From Victivallaceae bacterium (GTDB lineage Bacteria; Verrucomicrobiota; Lentisphaeria; Victivallales; Victivallaceae), in contig JAVBQJ010000071.1 of NCBI GenBank assembly GCA_031549115.1, forward strand, positions 7,451 through 71,450: a DNA stretch of 64,000 bases. Direction: 5' to 3'. Below are positions 1-10,100 of this stretch, one piece after another. Below the pieces are notes generated by a model, which searched no databases, had not been told where the DNA came from, and was given only the letters and a program-made list of their open reading frames with translations. The translations under genes and the position numbers were made by a program. The number at the start of each line of letters is the position of its first letter. Within the stretch, counting starts at the first letter, position 1.

Positions 1-873
1 AACTGGACGCACATCTGCTGGTGCACCAGCTTCTGGTTCGACGACAACGGCTGGGTGGCGGCGCTGCAGATACTGATCGGGCTGCGTTATCCGGAGCTCG
101 ACCGGAAATACCAGTGCGTTCAGTGGGGGACGACGCTGGCGCGCGAACTGCTGACGGCGTTCAACCGTACCTTCGATCCGGCGCGCCTGGAAGAGCCGGA
201 AAATGTGAACGATCCGGAGAAGCAATTCGCCGGCAAGCTGTCGCTGCCGCATTGGGGCATGCCCCCGGTATGCGCCTTCCTGGCGGCATATGTGGTGGAA
301 AAAGACCCGGTTTACCGTGAACCGGTCAAGCGTTACGCCGATTATGTGCTGAAGCGGGCGGGGGATTTCAATTCGAGCGAGCTGTCGTATGCGTTGATCG
401 GAATGCCGTTGGCGGCGGAGTTGTTTCCGGAGGAACCGGTGTTCGCGGAGCTCTGCGACAAGCTGGCGGCAAATCTGGTCGGCAAAGCCGCGTCGTCGGG
501 GACCGGCAATCTGCCGGCGGAGCATTATGAAACGCCGAACGGCGCTCATCTGGTGGACACGATTTACACCGCGAACTGGGCGCTGCTGGGCTTTGTCAAC
601 CTGGCGGGGTGGTCAAAGCGGCCGGAGCATTGGCAGGCGGCGCACGAATTGGCGCAGCTGCTGACGGATATTCAGGACACCAGTGGCGAACCGGCGTACC
701 GGGGCTGCTGGCGCGGGATGTTCGACCTGAAGGCGGGCACATGGGGCGGCGGCAACTGCTACGAAGGCGGCGCCGGCAGCATTTATACCGGCTGGACGAA
801 CGCGCCGATCGCAATCGGCCTGCTGTTGGCCGCGGAAAACAAGAGTTTTGCGGATTTGATCAAACAAGCCTGA
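1..873 (+). CDS. C-terminal part of a larger protein (5' end outside window); possibly an (alpha/alpha)6-barrel glycoside-hydrolase-like protein
   Basis: Frame 1 is open from base 1 with no stop before the listed ORF 55..873 (NWTHICWCTSFWFDDNGWVAALQ...). It precedes the N-acylglucosamine 2-epimerase family gene at 886..2061 at a short distance. Product call is weak. Confidence 0.5.
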   Translation, partial: NWTHICWCTSFWFDDNGWVAALQILIGLRYPELDRKYQCVQWGTTLARELLTAFNRTFDPARLEEPENVNDPEKQFAGKLSLPHWGMPPVCAFLAAYVVEKDPVYREPVKRYADYVLKRAGDFNSSELSYALIGMPLAAELFPEEPVFAELCDKLAANLVGKAASSGTGNLPAEHYETPNGAHLVDTIYTANWALLGFVNLAGWSKRPEHWQAAHELAQLLTDIQDTSGEPAYRGCWRGMFDLKAGTWGGGNCYEGGAGSIYTGWTNAPIAIGLLLAAENKSFADLIKQA

Positions 874-885
874 GGAGATAAACGA

Positions 886-2061
886 ATGAACTGGCAACCT
901 TATATCGAGCGTTATGAAAACGAGTTGCTGAACCGGGTGATTCCGTTCTGGGAAGAGCATTGCGTCGACCGGGAATACGGCGGTTACTTCACCATGCTGG
1001 ACCGCGACGGTTCGGTGTACGACACCAGCAAGTATATGTGGATGCAGTGGCGCGTGGTTTATATGTTCGCGACGCTGTACAAAAGCGAATACGGCAAGGG
1101 GCGCGACAACTGGCTGGCGATCGCCCGGCAGGGCTTCGACTTCCTGACCAAACACGGGCGGCTGGAAGACGGCAGCTATTATTTCCAGTTGAACCGCAAG
1201 GGCGAACCGGCGATGGCGCCGTACAGCATCTATTCGGACTGCTTTGCGGCAATGGGGGCGTCGGCGTTGTACGCGGCGACCGGCGAGGAGCGTTACCGCA
1301 AAGAGGCGGAATCGGCGATGGCGAGTTATATTTCGCGCATTCCGAATCCCAAGGGCAAATACGAAAAGTGCCTGCCCGGCAAGGGCGCGCGGCTGGCGCT
1401 CGGCAATTACATGATTCTGGCGAATCTCGGCAACGTGCTCGGCGCCGACCTGAAAACGGCGCAGTACGAAACGGAAACCCGGCAGGCGATCGACACGGTG
1501 ATGAGCCGTTTCTATAATCCGGAGCTGTCGGTGCTGTTCGAGAATATCAATCCGGACGGCAGCTTCGATCTGGAGAGCTGCGAAGGCCGCTTCGTCAATC
1601 CGGGACACGGCCTCGAATCGATGTGGTTCGTGCTTCAGTATGCCGAAAAGCACAATGACCGGGCGCTGATCCGGCAGGCGGCGAAGTACGTCGACGACCT
1701 GTTTCAGTTCGGTTTGGACAAGAAGTACGGCGGCATTTTCTACTTCATGGACGCGCTGGGCAAACCGCATTTGGAGCTGCAGCACGACATGAAGCTGTGG
1801 TGGGTGCACAACGAAGCGACGCTGGCGGCGCTTTTCGCCTACCGCCTGACCGGCGAAGAGAAGTTCCTCGCATACTTCAAAGCGATGGACGAGTACAGCT
1901 TCAAGCACTTCCGCGATCCGGAGCACCCGGAGTGGTTCGCCTACTTGAACCGGCAGGGCGAACCCACGCATCTGCTCAAGGGCGGCAAATGGAAGACTTT
2001 CTTCCACCTGCCCCGCTGCTTGCTCTTTGCCGCGCAACAGATGAAGGCGATGCCGAAGTAA
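886..2061 (+). CDS. N-acylglucosamine 2-epimerase (AGE) superfamily protein (GlcNAc 2-epimerase / cellobiose 2-epimerase / mannose isomerase-like)
   Basis: 391 aa, the typical length for this family. AGE-like (alpha/alpha)6 sequence features are present (WEEHCVDREYGGYF, WMQWR, GHGLESMWF, WWVHNEA). A GGAG ribosome-binding site precedes the ATG. A terminator follows the stop. Confidence 0.8.
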   Translation: MNWQPYIERYENELLNRVIPFWEEHCVDREYGGYFTMLDRDGSVYDTSKYMWMQWRVVYMFATLYKSEYGKGRDNWLAIARQGFDFLTKHGRLEDGSYYFQLNRKGEPAMAPYSIYSDCFAAMGASALYAATGEERYRKEAESAMASYISRIPNPKGKYEKCLPGKGARLALGNYMILANLGNVLGADLKTAQYETETRQAIDTVMSRFYNPELSVLFENINPDGSFDLESCEGRFVNPGHGLESMWFVLQYAEKHNDRALIRQAAKYVDDLFQFGLDKKYGGIFYFMDALGKPHLELQHDMKLWWVHNEATLAALFAYRLTGEEKFLAYFKAMDEYSFKHFRDPEHPEWFAYLNRQGEPTHLLKGGKWKTFFHLPRCLLFAAQQMKAMPK

Positions 2062-2082
2062 AGCGGCCGGCCGAATCGGTTC

Positions 2083-2129
2083 CGGGCAGAGGGGACGAAG
2101 TTTCGTTCTCGCCGCCCGGAATTTTTTTG
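2083..2129 (+). terminator. Rho-independent terminator after the epimerase gene
   Basis: GC-rich hairpin ccgggcagaggggacgaagtttcgttctcgccgcccgg followed by aattttttt. Confidence 0.6.
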
Positions 2130-2175
2130 CGGCAGGAAAAAGTGATATGGATTTTACTTTTTTTCGTCGGAGCTA

Positions 2176-2203
2176 TTGACTTTTCGCTTTTTTGGCCTAT
2201 AAT
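2176..2203 (+). promoter_or_regulatory. Sigma70-like promoter of pseudopilin cassette 1 (TTGACT, 16-nt spacer, TATAAT)
   Basis: Consensus -35 TTGACT at 2176..2181 and perfect -10 TATAAT at 2198..2203. The same arrangement recurs upstream of the paralogous cassette at 6281..6308. Confidence 0.6.
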
Positions 2204-2236
2204 TGTAAGTAGTTTGTTTTTCGTTTTTTTTACGGT

Positions 2237-2256
2237 TATTTGAGTACGATATCAAA
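2237..2256 (+). promoter_or_regulatory. 20-bp palindromic operator-like site ATTTGAgtacgatatCAAAT in the 5' leader
   Basis: Inverted half-sites ATTTGA/TCAAAT. The identical 20-mer is at 6346..6365 at the same position relative to the paralogous promoter. Confidence 0.55.
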
Positions 2257-2283
2257 TTTTGCAAAAGAGAAGGGACGGCGAAA

Positions 2284-2952
2284 ATGAAAAGAAGGAATCG
2301 ATTTACGCTCATAGAGCTCCTGGTGGTGATTGCGATTATTGCCATTCTTGCCAGTATGTTGCTGCCGGCGCTGAGCAAAGCGCGCGCTGCGGCGCAGAAC
2401 ATCAAATGTGTGGGCAGCATCAAGCAGCTGGCACTGGCGCAAACGTTGTATGCCGGCGACAACAATGACTATTTCTTTCCGGCCTATGACGACGACGATA
2501 AGATATGGTGGATGGACTGGGCGTTGTTGCCGTATGTTTCGTGGGACTTTGTCTTCAAGGGCTGCCCCAATATGTCGCCGTTCAATGAGGGTTATATCTC
2601 CTACGGGTATAACTTCCTGCTGCTTTTCGGATCTTCCGGCAACCGGAGCACCCCCTGTAAAGTCACCGCGGTGGAGAATCCCTCGGAGACCATAATATTG
2701 CAGGACGCCAATCGCGATCTGCCCAACGGAAACTATATCGGCATCGCCCCCTGGGCGGCGGATCTGCAGAAAATGGGCGGCACCTATGCCTCCATCGCGC
2801 ACGACGGCGGAGCGAAATTGAATTGCGCCTGGGTGGACGGCCATGCGTCGACCGAACAAAACAGCAAACTCTGGACTGGCCAAGCCCCCACCGGAAACAC
2901 TTGGTACTATGAGCGCCGGAAAGGTAAAAACCTGGACAGCGGCGAATGGTAA
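2284..2952 (+). CDS. DUF1559 family prepilin-type N-terminal cleavage/methylation domain protein (type II secretion pseudopilin-like)
   Basis: N-terminus [33 protein letters not shown] (prepilin peptidase motif plus hydrophobic helix). C-terminal ...VDGHASTE motif typical of DUF1559. Ribosome-binding site gaaggga precedes the ATG. Confidence 0.85.
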   Translation: MKRRNRFTLIELLVVIAIIAILASMLLPALSKARAAAQNIKCVGSIKQLALAQTLYAGDNNDYFFPAYDDDDKIWWMDWALLPYVSWDFVFKGCPNMSPFNEGYISYGYNFLLLFGSSGNRSTPCKVTAVENPSETIILQDANRDLPNGNYIGIAPWAADLQKMGGTYASIAHDGGAKLNCAWVDGHASTEQNSKLWTGQAPTGNTWYYERRKGKNLDSGEW

Positions 2953-3019
2953 GTCGGGTTGCAAAGCCGGAGCAATAAAGCGATTTTTTTTTTGGACAGT
3001 CGGAGCAAGAGGAGTATCT

Positions 3020-5971
3020 ATGGTTTGGGGTAAGGGGAGATGGAGTGCAATTGCTTTATTGACAATGGTTTTGTCGTTTTTTGGCAATGCTGCTGATAAT
3101 CTGGGCTGGCAGGATCAATTCGACGTCATCGACGCCGATCGCTGGTGCATTGTGCCGGCTTCGGCGGAGATTGTGCCGACGGATAATCTGAGCGCCGCCA
3201 ACCGGGCGTTGAAAATCACGCCGCCGTACAGCCAGCATTACATGGCGACGGGCGATAAGTTTTCCGACGGCGTGTGCGAGATTCGTTTCAAAGCGAAGAG
3301 CACGAACGCCGGCGAATTCATGTACTATATCGGTTTTCATAATTACGAACCGTGGATCAAAGCGTTGTGCTGGGTTGTCATCCACAACGACACGGTGATG
3401 TTTCAGGTCAAAGCGCCGGACGGCACCAACCGCTCGGAAAAGCTGGCGGATCTGACCGACGGCTGGCATACGTTGAAATTGCAGTACGCGCCGGGCGCGA
3501 TCACTGCGGATTGGGACGGGGAGGCGACAATAACGTACGACGATCCGGCGCTGTACTCGCCCGAAGCGATGCCCTTTTTTATCAGTGCCAACACCGAAAG
3601 AATTGATTTTGTCCCGCAGGAGGGTCCCCCGGATACCGCCGAATTGATGGTCGATTACCTGAAAGTTTCCGGCGGCAAGCCGGAGCCGGTCATGACGGCC
3701 CGGGAACTGACCGGGCCGGAAGCCCAATTGGTCGGCGCCGATCCCGTGGTGAAGGCGGTACTGCCGGGCGGCGGCTACGCGATCGCGCTGGATGGCGGCA
3801 TGCACTGGAAATCGATCGTCGTGGACGGGACCGAAATGCTGGACCCGGACTTCTTCGCTCCGGTCTTCGGCGCCCGGGTCGACGGCAAAAACATTTATTC
3901 CCACCAGTTTGAAACCACCGGAGTGGAGCGCTCCGGCGACGCTTTCACGGTGCATTCGCTCCATGCCGCCACTGCGACCGCCGCGACGCTGACCGGCAAG
4001 GTCGAGGCGGGGCGGTTCCTGCTGGGACTGCAATTGGGCAACGGCGCCGGGGAGGAACGCCGGCTGCAGCCGATCTTCCCGATCGTCGGCAGCTTCGCCG
4101 TAAACGGCGACTTCGCCGGGACGGAATACTTCTTCCCGTGGCGCAGCGGGATAATGGGTGACAACACCGCCAGCTTTTTCACCGAATACGGCGGTCTGGG
4201 CTGGATGCAGCTGATGTTCGTCCGGCATCCGGGCGTGGAACGCGGGGTGTATTTTTACCCCGAGGACGCCGGCGGGAGCTTCAAAGGCATGTCGATGAGC
4301 AAGAGGCTGGCCGGGGTCAACCCCGAGGTCTATCACTCCGAGACGGTGCACCCCGAAGAATTCGCGCTGGAGGATATACTCGAAGACCGCACCGGCATGG
4401 TGATGAACTATTACTATCGGACGAACCATGTCGCCCCCGGCGGCACGGTGCAGTTGCCGGACACCGTTTTCAGCGGTTGGAACGGCGGCTGGAAGGAGCC
4501 GATGCGCATCTATGCCGACTGGATGAAGTCGCACATGAGCCCGGTGGAGACGCCGCGTCACTTCCGTGACAGCTTCGCCTGGCAGAACTGGCATCCGCCG
4601 ACCTATTACGACAAGGAGGAGAAGCGGTATATCGGACATGAGCGTCTGGCCGGCGGCGAGGATGCGCTGCAGGCGGCCTTCTGGGATGACTATGTCGAAT
4701 ATCCGCCCAATGCGGTGGTTACCGTTTTGCAGCGGTTTCAGCCCGGCGACTTCGAGGTGAACCGTTCCCGCGGCGGCGTGGAAGCGTTTGCGGCTGAAAT
4801 CGCCAAAATCCGGGCTATCGGAACCCGTTTCTCGATCTACATCGACCACCGCTTCTGCTGGCGTGAAACCAAAACAGCGCAAAAGCACGGTGAAGCGTGG
4901 GCGGTCCGGGATCCGCAAGGCAAACCGTATGGCTACTCCAATGATAACGACCTGTATATGATGTGTTTCTACGATCAGGACAAGTGGGTCGAATATATGG
5001 CGGACACCTGTCATCGGCTGATTCGCGATACCGGCATGGACGCGATTTACCTGGACGAACTCGGTATTGCGTTCCCGTGCTACAGCAAAAGTCACGATCA
5101 TTACCGGAACGGGATGTACCCCACCGATCCGGTGGGGCTGGGCAAGTCGATGACCGTGGTCCGCAATCGCATGAAGGAGGCCAATCCGGAAGCGGCCTTG
5201 ATGACCGAACATGCCGGAAGCGACTACCTGACCCAGTTCTACGACGGCTCCTGGAATCAGACCTTTTACGAAGGGGCATTCCCATTTACCGAAAAATATT
5301 ATGACGATCTGAAGCTGTGCTATTTCCGTTTCCTGTTCCCGCATTTCAAGCTGTCGGAGTGGGGCGGCAGCCGCGATCATATCCGCCGCAGCTTCTTCAA
5401 CGGCATGGGCTGGGACATGGGGGGAGGGCCCGAAACCGACTTATCCCGTACCCTGGCGCGGGTGCTGAAGGAGAACGGCGACGCGATTGCCACCCTCTAT
5501 CCGGAACCGATCGTCCCGACCGGCAACCCCGGTCTCTTGGCGAACCGTTTCGACGCGCCCGGAAAAGTGGTTTATACGTATTACAATAACTCCGAGGCGC
5601 CGCTGACCGCCGGAGTCACCGAAGCCGCGCCGTTTGCCGGGCACTATGTCGAGCTGCGCCACGATGTCATGCTGGATTCCCCGGCCGTCGCCGTTCCCGC
5701 CGGCGAAGTCGCCGCGGTCGCTCTTTACCCGGAATTGCTGAAGTTGGAAGCCGACGGCAACAGCCGCCGGATCACCGCACCGGCGGCGCCGAATCAGGAG
5801 CTCGTGATCTGCGAAGGGGTTGACGATTCGCACTTCCTGCCGCCGCGCGGCACCTGGACACGGATCGACTTCACTACTGGAGAAGCCGCGTATGCGCCGC
5901 GCGACACCAACGTCAAGTTGATCGTCAAGCTGCTCCGCGACGGTTACCTCGTCGACGAATTGGTGCGTTAA
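3020..5971 (+). CDS. Large secreted protein (983 aa): N-terminal lectin/LamG-like (DUF1080-like) beta-sandwich plus central/C-terminal TIM-barrel-like putative glycosidase domain; cassette copy 1
   Basis: The ORF track gives 2843..5971, but that start overlaps the upstream gene. The internal ATG at 3020 has ribosome-binding site ggagcaagaggag and a signal peptide (WSAIALLTMVLSFFGNA). About 65% identity to the paralog at 7159. Motifs IYLDELGIAFPCY and MTEHAGSDY suggest acidic catalytic residues. Family unknown to me. Confidence 0.75.
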   Translation: MVWGKGRWSAIALLTMVLSFFGNAADNLGWQDQFDVIDADRWCIVPASAEIVPTDNLSAANRALKITPPYSQHYMATGDKFSDGVCEIRFKAKSTNAGEFMYYIGFHNYEPWIKALCWVVIHNDTVMFQVKAPDGTNRSEKLADLTDGWHTLKLQYAPGAITADWDGEATITYDDPALYSPEAMPFFISANTERIDFVPQEGPPDTAELMVDYLKVSGGKPEPVMTARELTGPEAQLVGADPVVKAVLPGGGYAIALDGGMHWKSIVVDGTEMLDPDFFAPVFGARVDGKNIYSHQFETTGVERSGDAFTVHSLHAATATAATLTGKVEAGRFLLGLQLGNGAGEERRLQPIFPIVGSFAVNGDFAGTEYFFPWRSGIMGDNTASFFTEYGGLGWMQLMFVRHPGVERGVYFYPEDAGGSFKGMSMSKRLAGVNPEVYHSETVHPEEFALEDILEDRTGMVMNYYYRTNHVAPGGTVQLPDTVFSGWNGGWKEPMRIYADWMKSHMSPVETPRHFRDSFAWQNWHPPTYYDKEEKRYIGHERLAGGEDALQAAFWDDYVEYPPNAVVTVLQRFQPGDFEVNRSRGGVEAFAAEIAKIRAIGTRFSIYIDHRFCWRETKTAQKHGEAWAVRDPQGKPYGYSNDNDLYMMCFYDQDKWVEYMADTCHRLIRDTGMDAIYLDELGIAFPCYSKSHDHYRNGMYPTDPVGLGKSMTVVRNRMKEANPEAALMTEHAGSDYLTQFYDGSWNQTFYEGAFPFTEKYYDDLKLCYFRFLFPHFKLSEWGGSRDHIRRSFFNGMGWDMGGGPETDLSRTLARVLKENGDAIATLYPEPIVPTGNPGLLANRFDAPGKVVYTYYNNSEAPLTAGVTEAAPFAGHYVELRHDVMLDSPAVAVPAGEVAAVALYPELLKLEADGNSRRITAPAAPNQELVICEGVDDSHFLPPRGTWTRIDFTTGEAAYAPRDTNVKLIVKLLRDGYLVDELVR

Positions 5972-5974
5972 AAG

Positions 5975-6290
5975 GCGGTTGTCGAGGAGAAAATGGGGAG
6001 GGCTTCTTGCCCTCCACGCCACCCCGGCAGGGTGCCCCGCGTTACGCTCGCTGACGCGAGCTTACTTTTCGCCCTTGCGCTTCGCGCTGCGTTTACTGCC
6101 GACAATATATGTCCGGTCCCCCGGCTACCCCCTTCAGGACCTACGCCTGTTGTCGGGTTTACCGCCTCCGGCAGGGGACTCCGCATTTCGACATGGTGCA
6201 ATGATTTGCGGTTTGCCGGGATGGAACCGCAAACCGGGAGCGGAATGTCATATAGATTTTGCTTTTTTTCTCCGGCGCTATTGACTTTTT
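5975..6290. repeat. GC-rich hairpin-dense intergenic element related to the repeat at 23949-24480 and 50207-50700
   Basis: Shares the module ccacgccaccccggcagggtgcc with 11860-11890 and, as a reverse complement, with 24440-24460. Several stem-loops are present (gggagggcttcttgccctcc; cggtttgccgggatggaaccgcaaaccg). The six-frame ORFs here (5968..6402 -, 5979..6284 +) have no ribosome-binding site and proline/arginine-rich composition, and are probably spurious. Confidence 0.5.
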
Positions 6291-6308
6291 GTTTTTTTTG
6301 TCTATAAT
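6281..6308 (+). promoter_or_regulatory. Sigma70-like promoter of pseudopilin cassette 2 (TTGACT, 16-nt spacer, TATAAT)
   Basis: Same -35/-10 and spacing as 2176..2203. Confidence 0.6.
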
Positions 6309-6345
6309 TATAAGCAGCTTGTTTCTTCTTTTTTTTTAGAAAAAT

Positions 6346-6365
6346 ATTTGAGTACGATATCAAAT
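6346..6365 (+). promoter_or_regulatory. Second copy of the 20-bp palindrome ATTTGAgtacgatatCAAAT
   Basis: Identical to 2237..2256 and similarly placed downstream of the -10. Confidence 0.55.
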
Positions 6366-6432
6366 TTAAGAAATAGTAACGATTGACGGAAAATACGGAC
6401 AAGAGCCAACATCAAACGAAAGGGATGATGAA

Positions 6433-7128
6433 ATGAAAAAAGGGAGTCGTTTTACACTCATAGAGCTTCTGGTGGTGATTGCGATCATCGCTATTCTCGC
6501 CAGCATGCTGCTGCCGGCGTTGAGCAAGGCGCGCGCCTCCGCGCAGAGCATCAAATGCCTGGGCAATAACAAGCAGATGGCGCTGGGGGCGTTGATGTAT
6601 GCCACCGACAACAATGAGTGGGTGCTGACCGGAGACCGTTCGAAAATGTTGGACGGCAAGGCATGGCCGGAGCAGCTGCGCCGGTACCTGGGCAGCCAGA
6701 AAATATTCGAATGCCCGTCGTACAGCAACGACCGCTATTCCGATACCGGATGGACATTCGACGACGGCGAATTGTACCAGGGTGCATACGGCATGAATGC
6801 CCGGATGGGGGCGGAGGACAATAATCCGCATACGGAAATTCACAAGCTGCCGGGGCCGACCGGCAATACCTTTCCGGTTTTCCTGGAAATCAACGGACCG
6901 TGCGGCCTGGCGTTGATTCACCTGTCCCGCGGCGAATCGGCGGCCAACCTGTGGGGCAAATATACCGACCGGCACAAAAACGGCGGCAACATCGTCTATT
7001 CGGACGGCAGCGCCAGATGGACCAGCTACGATGAATATTCTTCGTTGGTGGATAAGTCGAAAACCGCCGCCGGCGGCAAGATTCCGGGAGACTGGGGTGA
7101 CGCACTGGCGTTCATGCTCGGATACTGA
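6433..7128 (+). CDS. DUF1559 family prepilin-like protein (paralog of 2284..2952)
   Basis: N-terminus [38 protein letters not shown]-terminal ...YSDGSARW motif. Ribosome-binding site aagggatga precedes the ATG. Confidence 0.85.
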   Translation: MKKGSRFTLIELLVVIAIIAILASMLLPALSKARASAQSIKCLGNNKQMALGALMYATDNNEWVLTGDRSKMLDGKAWPEQLRRYLGSQKIFECPSYSNDRYSDTGWTFDDGELYQGAYGMNARMGAEDNNPHTEIHKLPGPTGNTFPVFLEINGPCGLALIHLSRGESAANLWGKYTDRHKNGGNIVYSDGSARWTSYDEYSSLVDKSKTAAGGKIPGDWGDALAFMLGY

Positions 7129-7158
7129 CCCGGATACGAAAAAAGGATTTGCACAAGA

Positions 7159-10100
7159 ATGAGTAAGTTACGTTTCTGGTACGGACTCCTGGTTTTGCTC
7201 ATCGGAGCCGGTGTGTATGCCGCTTCCGAAAGTCAGAGCTGGCAGGAGAATTTCGACTCCATCGACACGAAGCGCTGGAAGGTGATTCCGGCTTCGGCGG
7301 AGATCGTACCGACCGATCAATTGAGCGCCGCCAACCGGGCGCTGAAGCTGAATCCGGCGTTGGGGCAGCACTATATGACCACGTCGGACAAGTTCATCGA
7401 CGGCAGTTGTGAAATCCGCTTCAAGGCGAAGCGGCCGTCGTCGGGCGAACTGTTCTATTATATCGGCTTCCACGCCTATGAGCCGTGGGTGAAGGCGTTG
7501 TGCTGGATCATGATTCAGGGCGATACCGTCAGCTTCGGCGTCAAAACCCCGGACGGCGTGAGCCGGTCGGAAAAGCTGGCGGACCTGACCGACGGCTGGC
7601 ATACGCTCAAATTGCATTACTCATCCGATGCGATCTCTGCCGAATGGGATGGCGAGAAGACGCTGACCTACGACGACCCGGCGCTGTATTCCAGCGAGCC
7701 GATGCCGTTTTTCATCGGCGCGTATACCGTCGAAGGGACCAAAGATCCCGCCGAACTGATGGTCGATTATCTGAAAGTCACCGGCGGCAAGCCGGCGGCG
7801 ATAATGGCCCCGCGGACATTGACCGATGCCGAAAAAATGGTGATCGGCGTCGATTCCGTGGTGGCGGCGCAGTTGCCAGGCGAACGCTATGCGATCGCGC
7901 TGGACGGTGGCATGCACTGGCAATCGATTGACGCGGACGGTACCGAAATGCTGGCGCCGGACTTCTTCGCGCCGGTGTTCGGAGCGCGGATCGATGGGAA
8001 AAATGTCTTTTCGCACCAGTTCGAAGTCACCGGAGTGAAGCGCTCCGGCGACGCCTTCGCGGTCGAGCTCCTGTACCCGGAATCCGCGACTGCTGCGACG
8101 GTTTCGGGCGCGGTGAAGGACGGCCGCTTCCGGCTGGATCTGCAATTGCGCAATGACGACAAGCAGGAGCATCGGCTGCAGCCGGTGTTCCCGGTGGTCG
8201 GCAGCCTGGCGGTCGGCGGCGACTTCGCCGGAACCGAATACTTCTTTCCGTGGCGCGGCGGCGTCCTGGGGGACAATACCGCGTATTTTTCGACCGAGTA
8301 CGGCGGGCTGGGGTGGACGCAGTTGATGTTCGTGCTGGATCCCGCCTCCGGCCGCGGGCTGTACTTTTATCCGGAGGACGCCTCCGGCCGCTTCAAAGGC
8401 ATGTCGATGATCAAACAATTGATCGATACCAATGTCGACGTGTACCATACCGAATCGGTGATCGCCGAAGAGGTGCCGACGCTGGATATGCTGGAAAACC
8501 GTACCGGGTTGGTGATGAACTATTACTACCGGACCGAAACGGTCGCGCCTGGTGTCGCGGTGGAGGTGCCGGAAACTGTGTTCGGCAGCTGGCGGGGCGA
8601 CTGGAAAGAGCCGATGCGGCTCTATGCCGACTGGATGAAGTCGCAGATGCAGCCGGTGGAGGTGCCGCGCCAGTTCCGCGACAGCTTCACCTGGGGCAAC
8701 TGGCATCCGCCGGCCTATTACGACAAGCAGGCGCAGCGTTACGTCGGCCGCGAACGGCTGGCCGGCGGCGAAGACGCGCTGCAATGGGCCTTCTGGGATG
8801 ACTATGTCGAATATCCGGCCGATGCGAAAATCCCGTCGCTGCAGCGCTACCAGCTCGGCGACTTCGAGGTGAACCGCTCCCGTGGCGGGATGGAAACTTT
8901 CGCGGCCGAAATTGCCCGGATCCGTGAGGTCGGAACCCGCTTCTCGGTCTACATCGACCACCGTTTCTGCTGGCGCGAAACCAAGACCGCGCAGAAGTAC
9001 GCCGACGCGTGGGCGGTCAAGGACCCGAACGGCAAGCCGTACGGTTATACCTCCGATGAAGACTTGTACATGATGTGCTTCTACGATGCGGACAAGTGGG
9101 TGAACTATATGGCCGAAACCTGCCATGGGCTGATTCGCGACACCGGCATGGATACGATTTACCTGGACGAGCTCGGCATCGCGTTTCCCTGCTACAACAA
9201 GCTGCACAGCCATTATCAGGCGGGGGAGTATCCGACCGATCCGGTCGGCCTGGGGAAGGCGATGACGCTGGTACGCAATCGCATGAAAGAGGCCAATCCG
9301 GAAGCGGCGCTGATGACCGAACACGCCGGCAGCGACTATCTGACCCAGTTCTACGACGGTTCGTGGGACCAGACCTTTTACATGCATGCGTTCCCGTTCA
9401 CCGAGAAGTATTATGACGACCAGAAGATCTGCTACTTCCGTTTCATGTTCCCCAACTTCAAGTTGTCGGAATGGGGCGAGAGCCGTGATCACATCCGGCG
9501 CAGCTTCTTCAACGGCATGGGGTGGGACATGGGGGTGACGGACACCGATCTGTCCCGCACTCTGGCGCGGGTGCTGAAGGAGAACGGCGACGCGATTGCC
9601 ACCCTCCATCCGGAACCGATCGTCCCGACCGGCAACCCCGGTCTCTTGGCGAACCGTTTCGACGCCCCCGGAAAAGTGGTTTACACCTACTATAATAACT
9701 CCGAGGCGCCGCTGACCGCCGGAGTCTCCGAAGCCGCGCCGTTTGCCGGGCACTATGTCGAGCTGCGCCACGATGTCATGCTGGATTCCCCGGCCGTCGC
9801 CGTTCCCGCCGGTGAAGTCGCCGCGGTCGCTCTTTATCCGGAATTGCTGAAGCTGGAAGCCGACGGCAACAGCCGCCGGATCACCGCACCGGCGGCGCCG
9901 AATCAGGAGCTCGTAATCTGCGAAGGCGTTGACGATTCGCATTTTCTGCCGCCGCGCGGCACCTGGACGCGGATCGACTTCGCCTCCGGAGAAGCCGCGT
10001 ATGCGCCGCGCGACACCAACGCCAAGTTGATCGTCAAGCTGCTCCGCGACGGCTATCTCGTCGACGAAGTGGGGGGTGGACGGCAAAGACTCGGCGGGCC

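Noticed and set aside
613-2037. Long antisense ORFs (e.g. 613..2037 -, 3056..5380 -, 7621..10086 -, 20126..21844 -, 25433..27643 +) overlapping confidently called genes
   Set aside because: High GC content suppresses stop codons on the opposite strand. Their translations are Arg/Pro/Gly-rich and featureless, while the sense-strand products have clear family signatures.
5968-6402. 144-aa ORF on the minus strand between cassette 1 and cassette 2
   Set aside because: It covers the GC-rich intergenic element and the promoter/palindrome of the downstream cassette. Lys-rich tail comes from the poly-T run. No homology signal.
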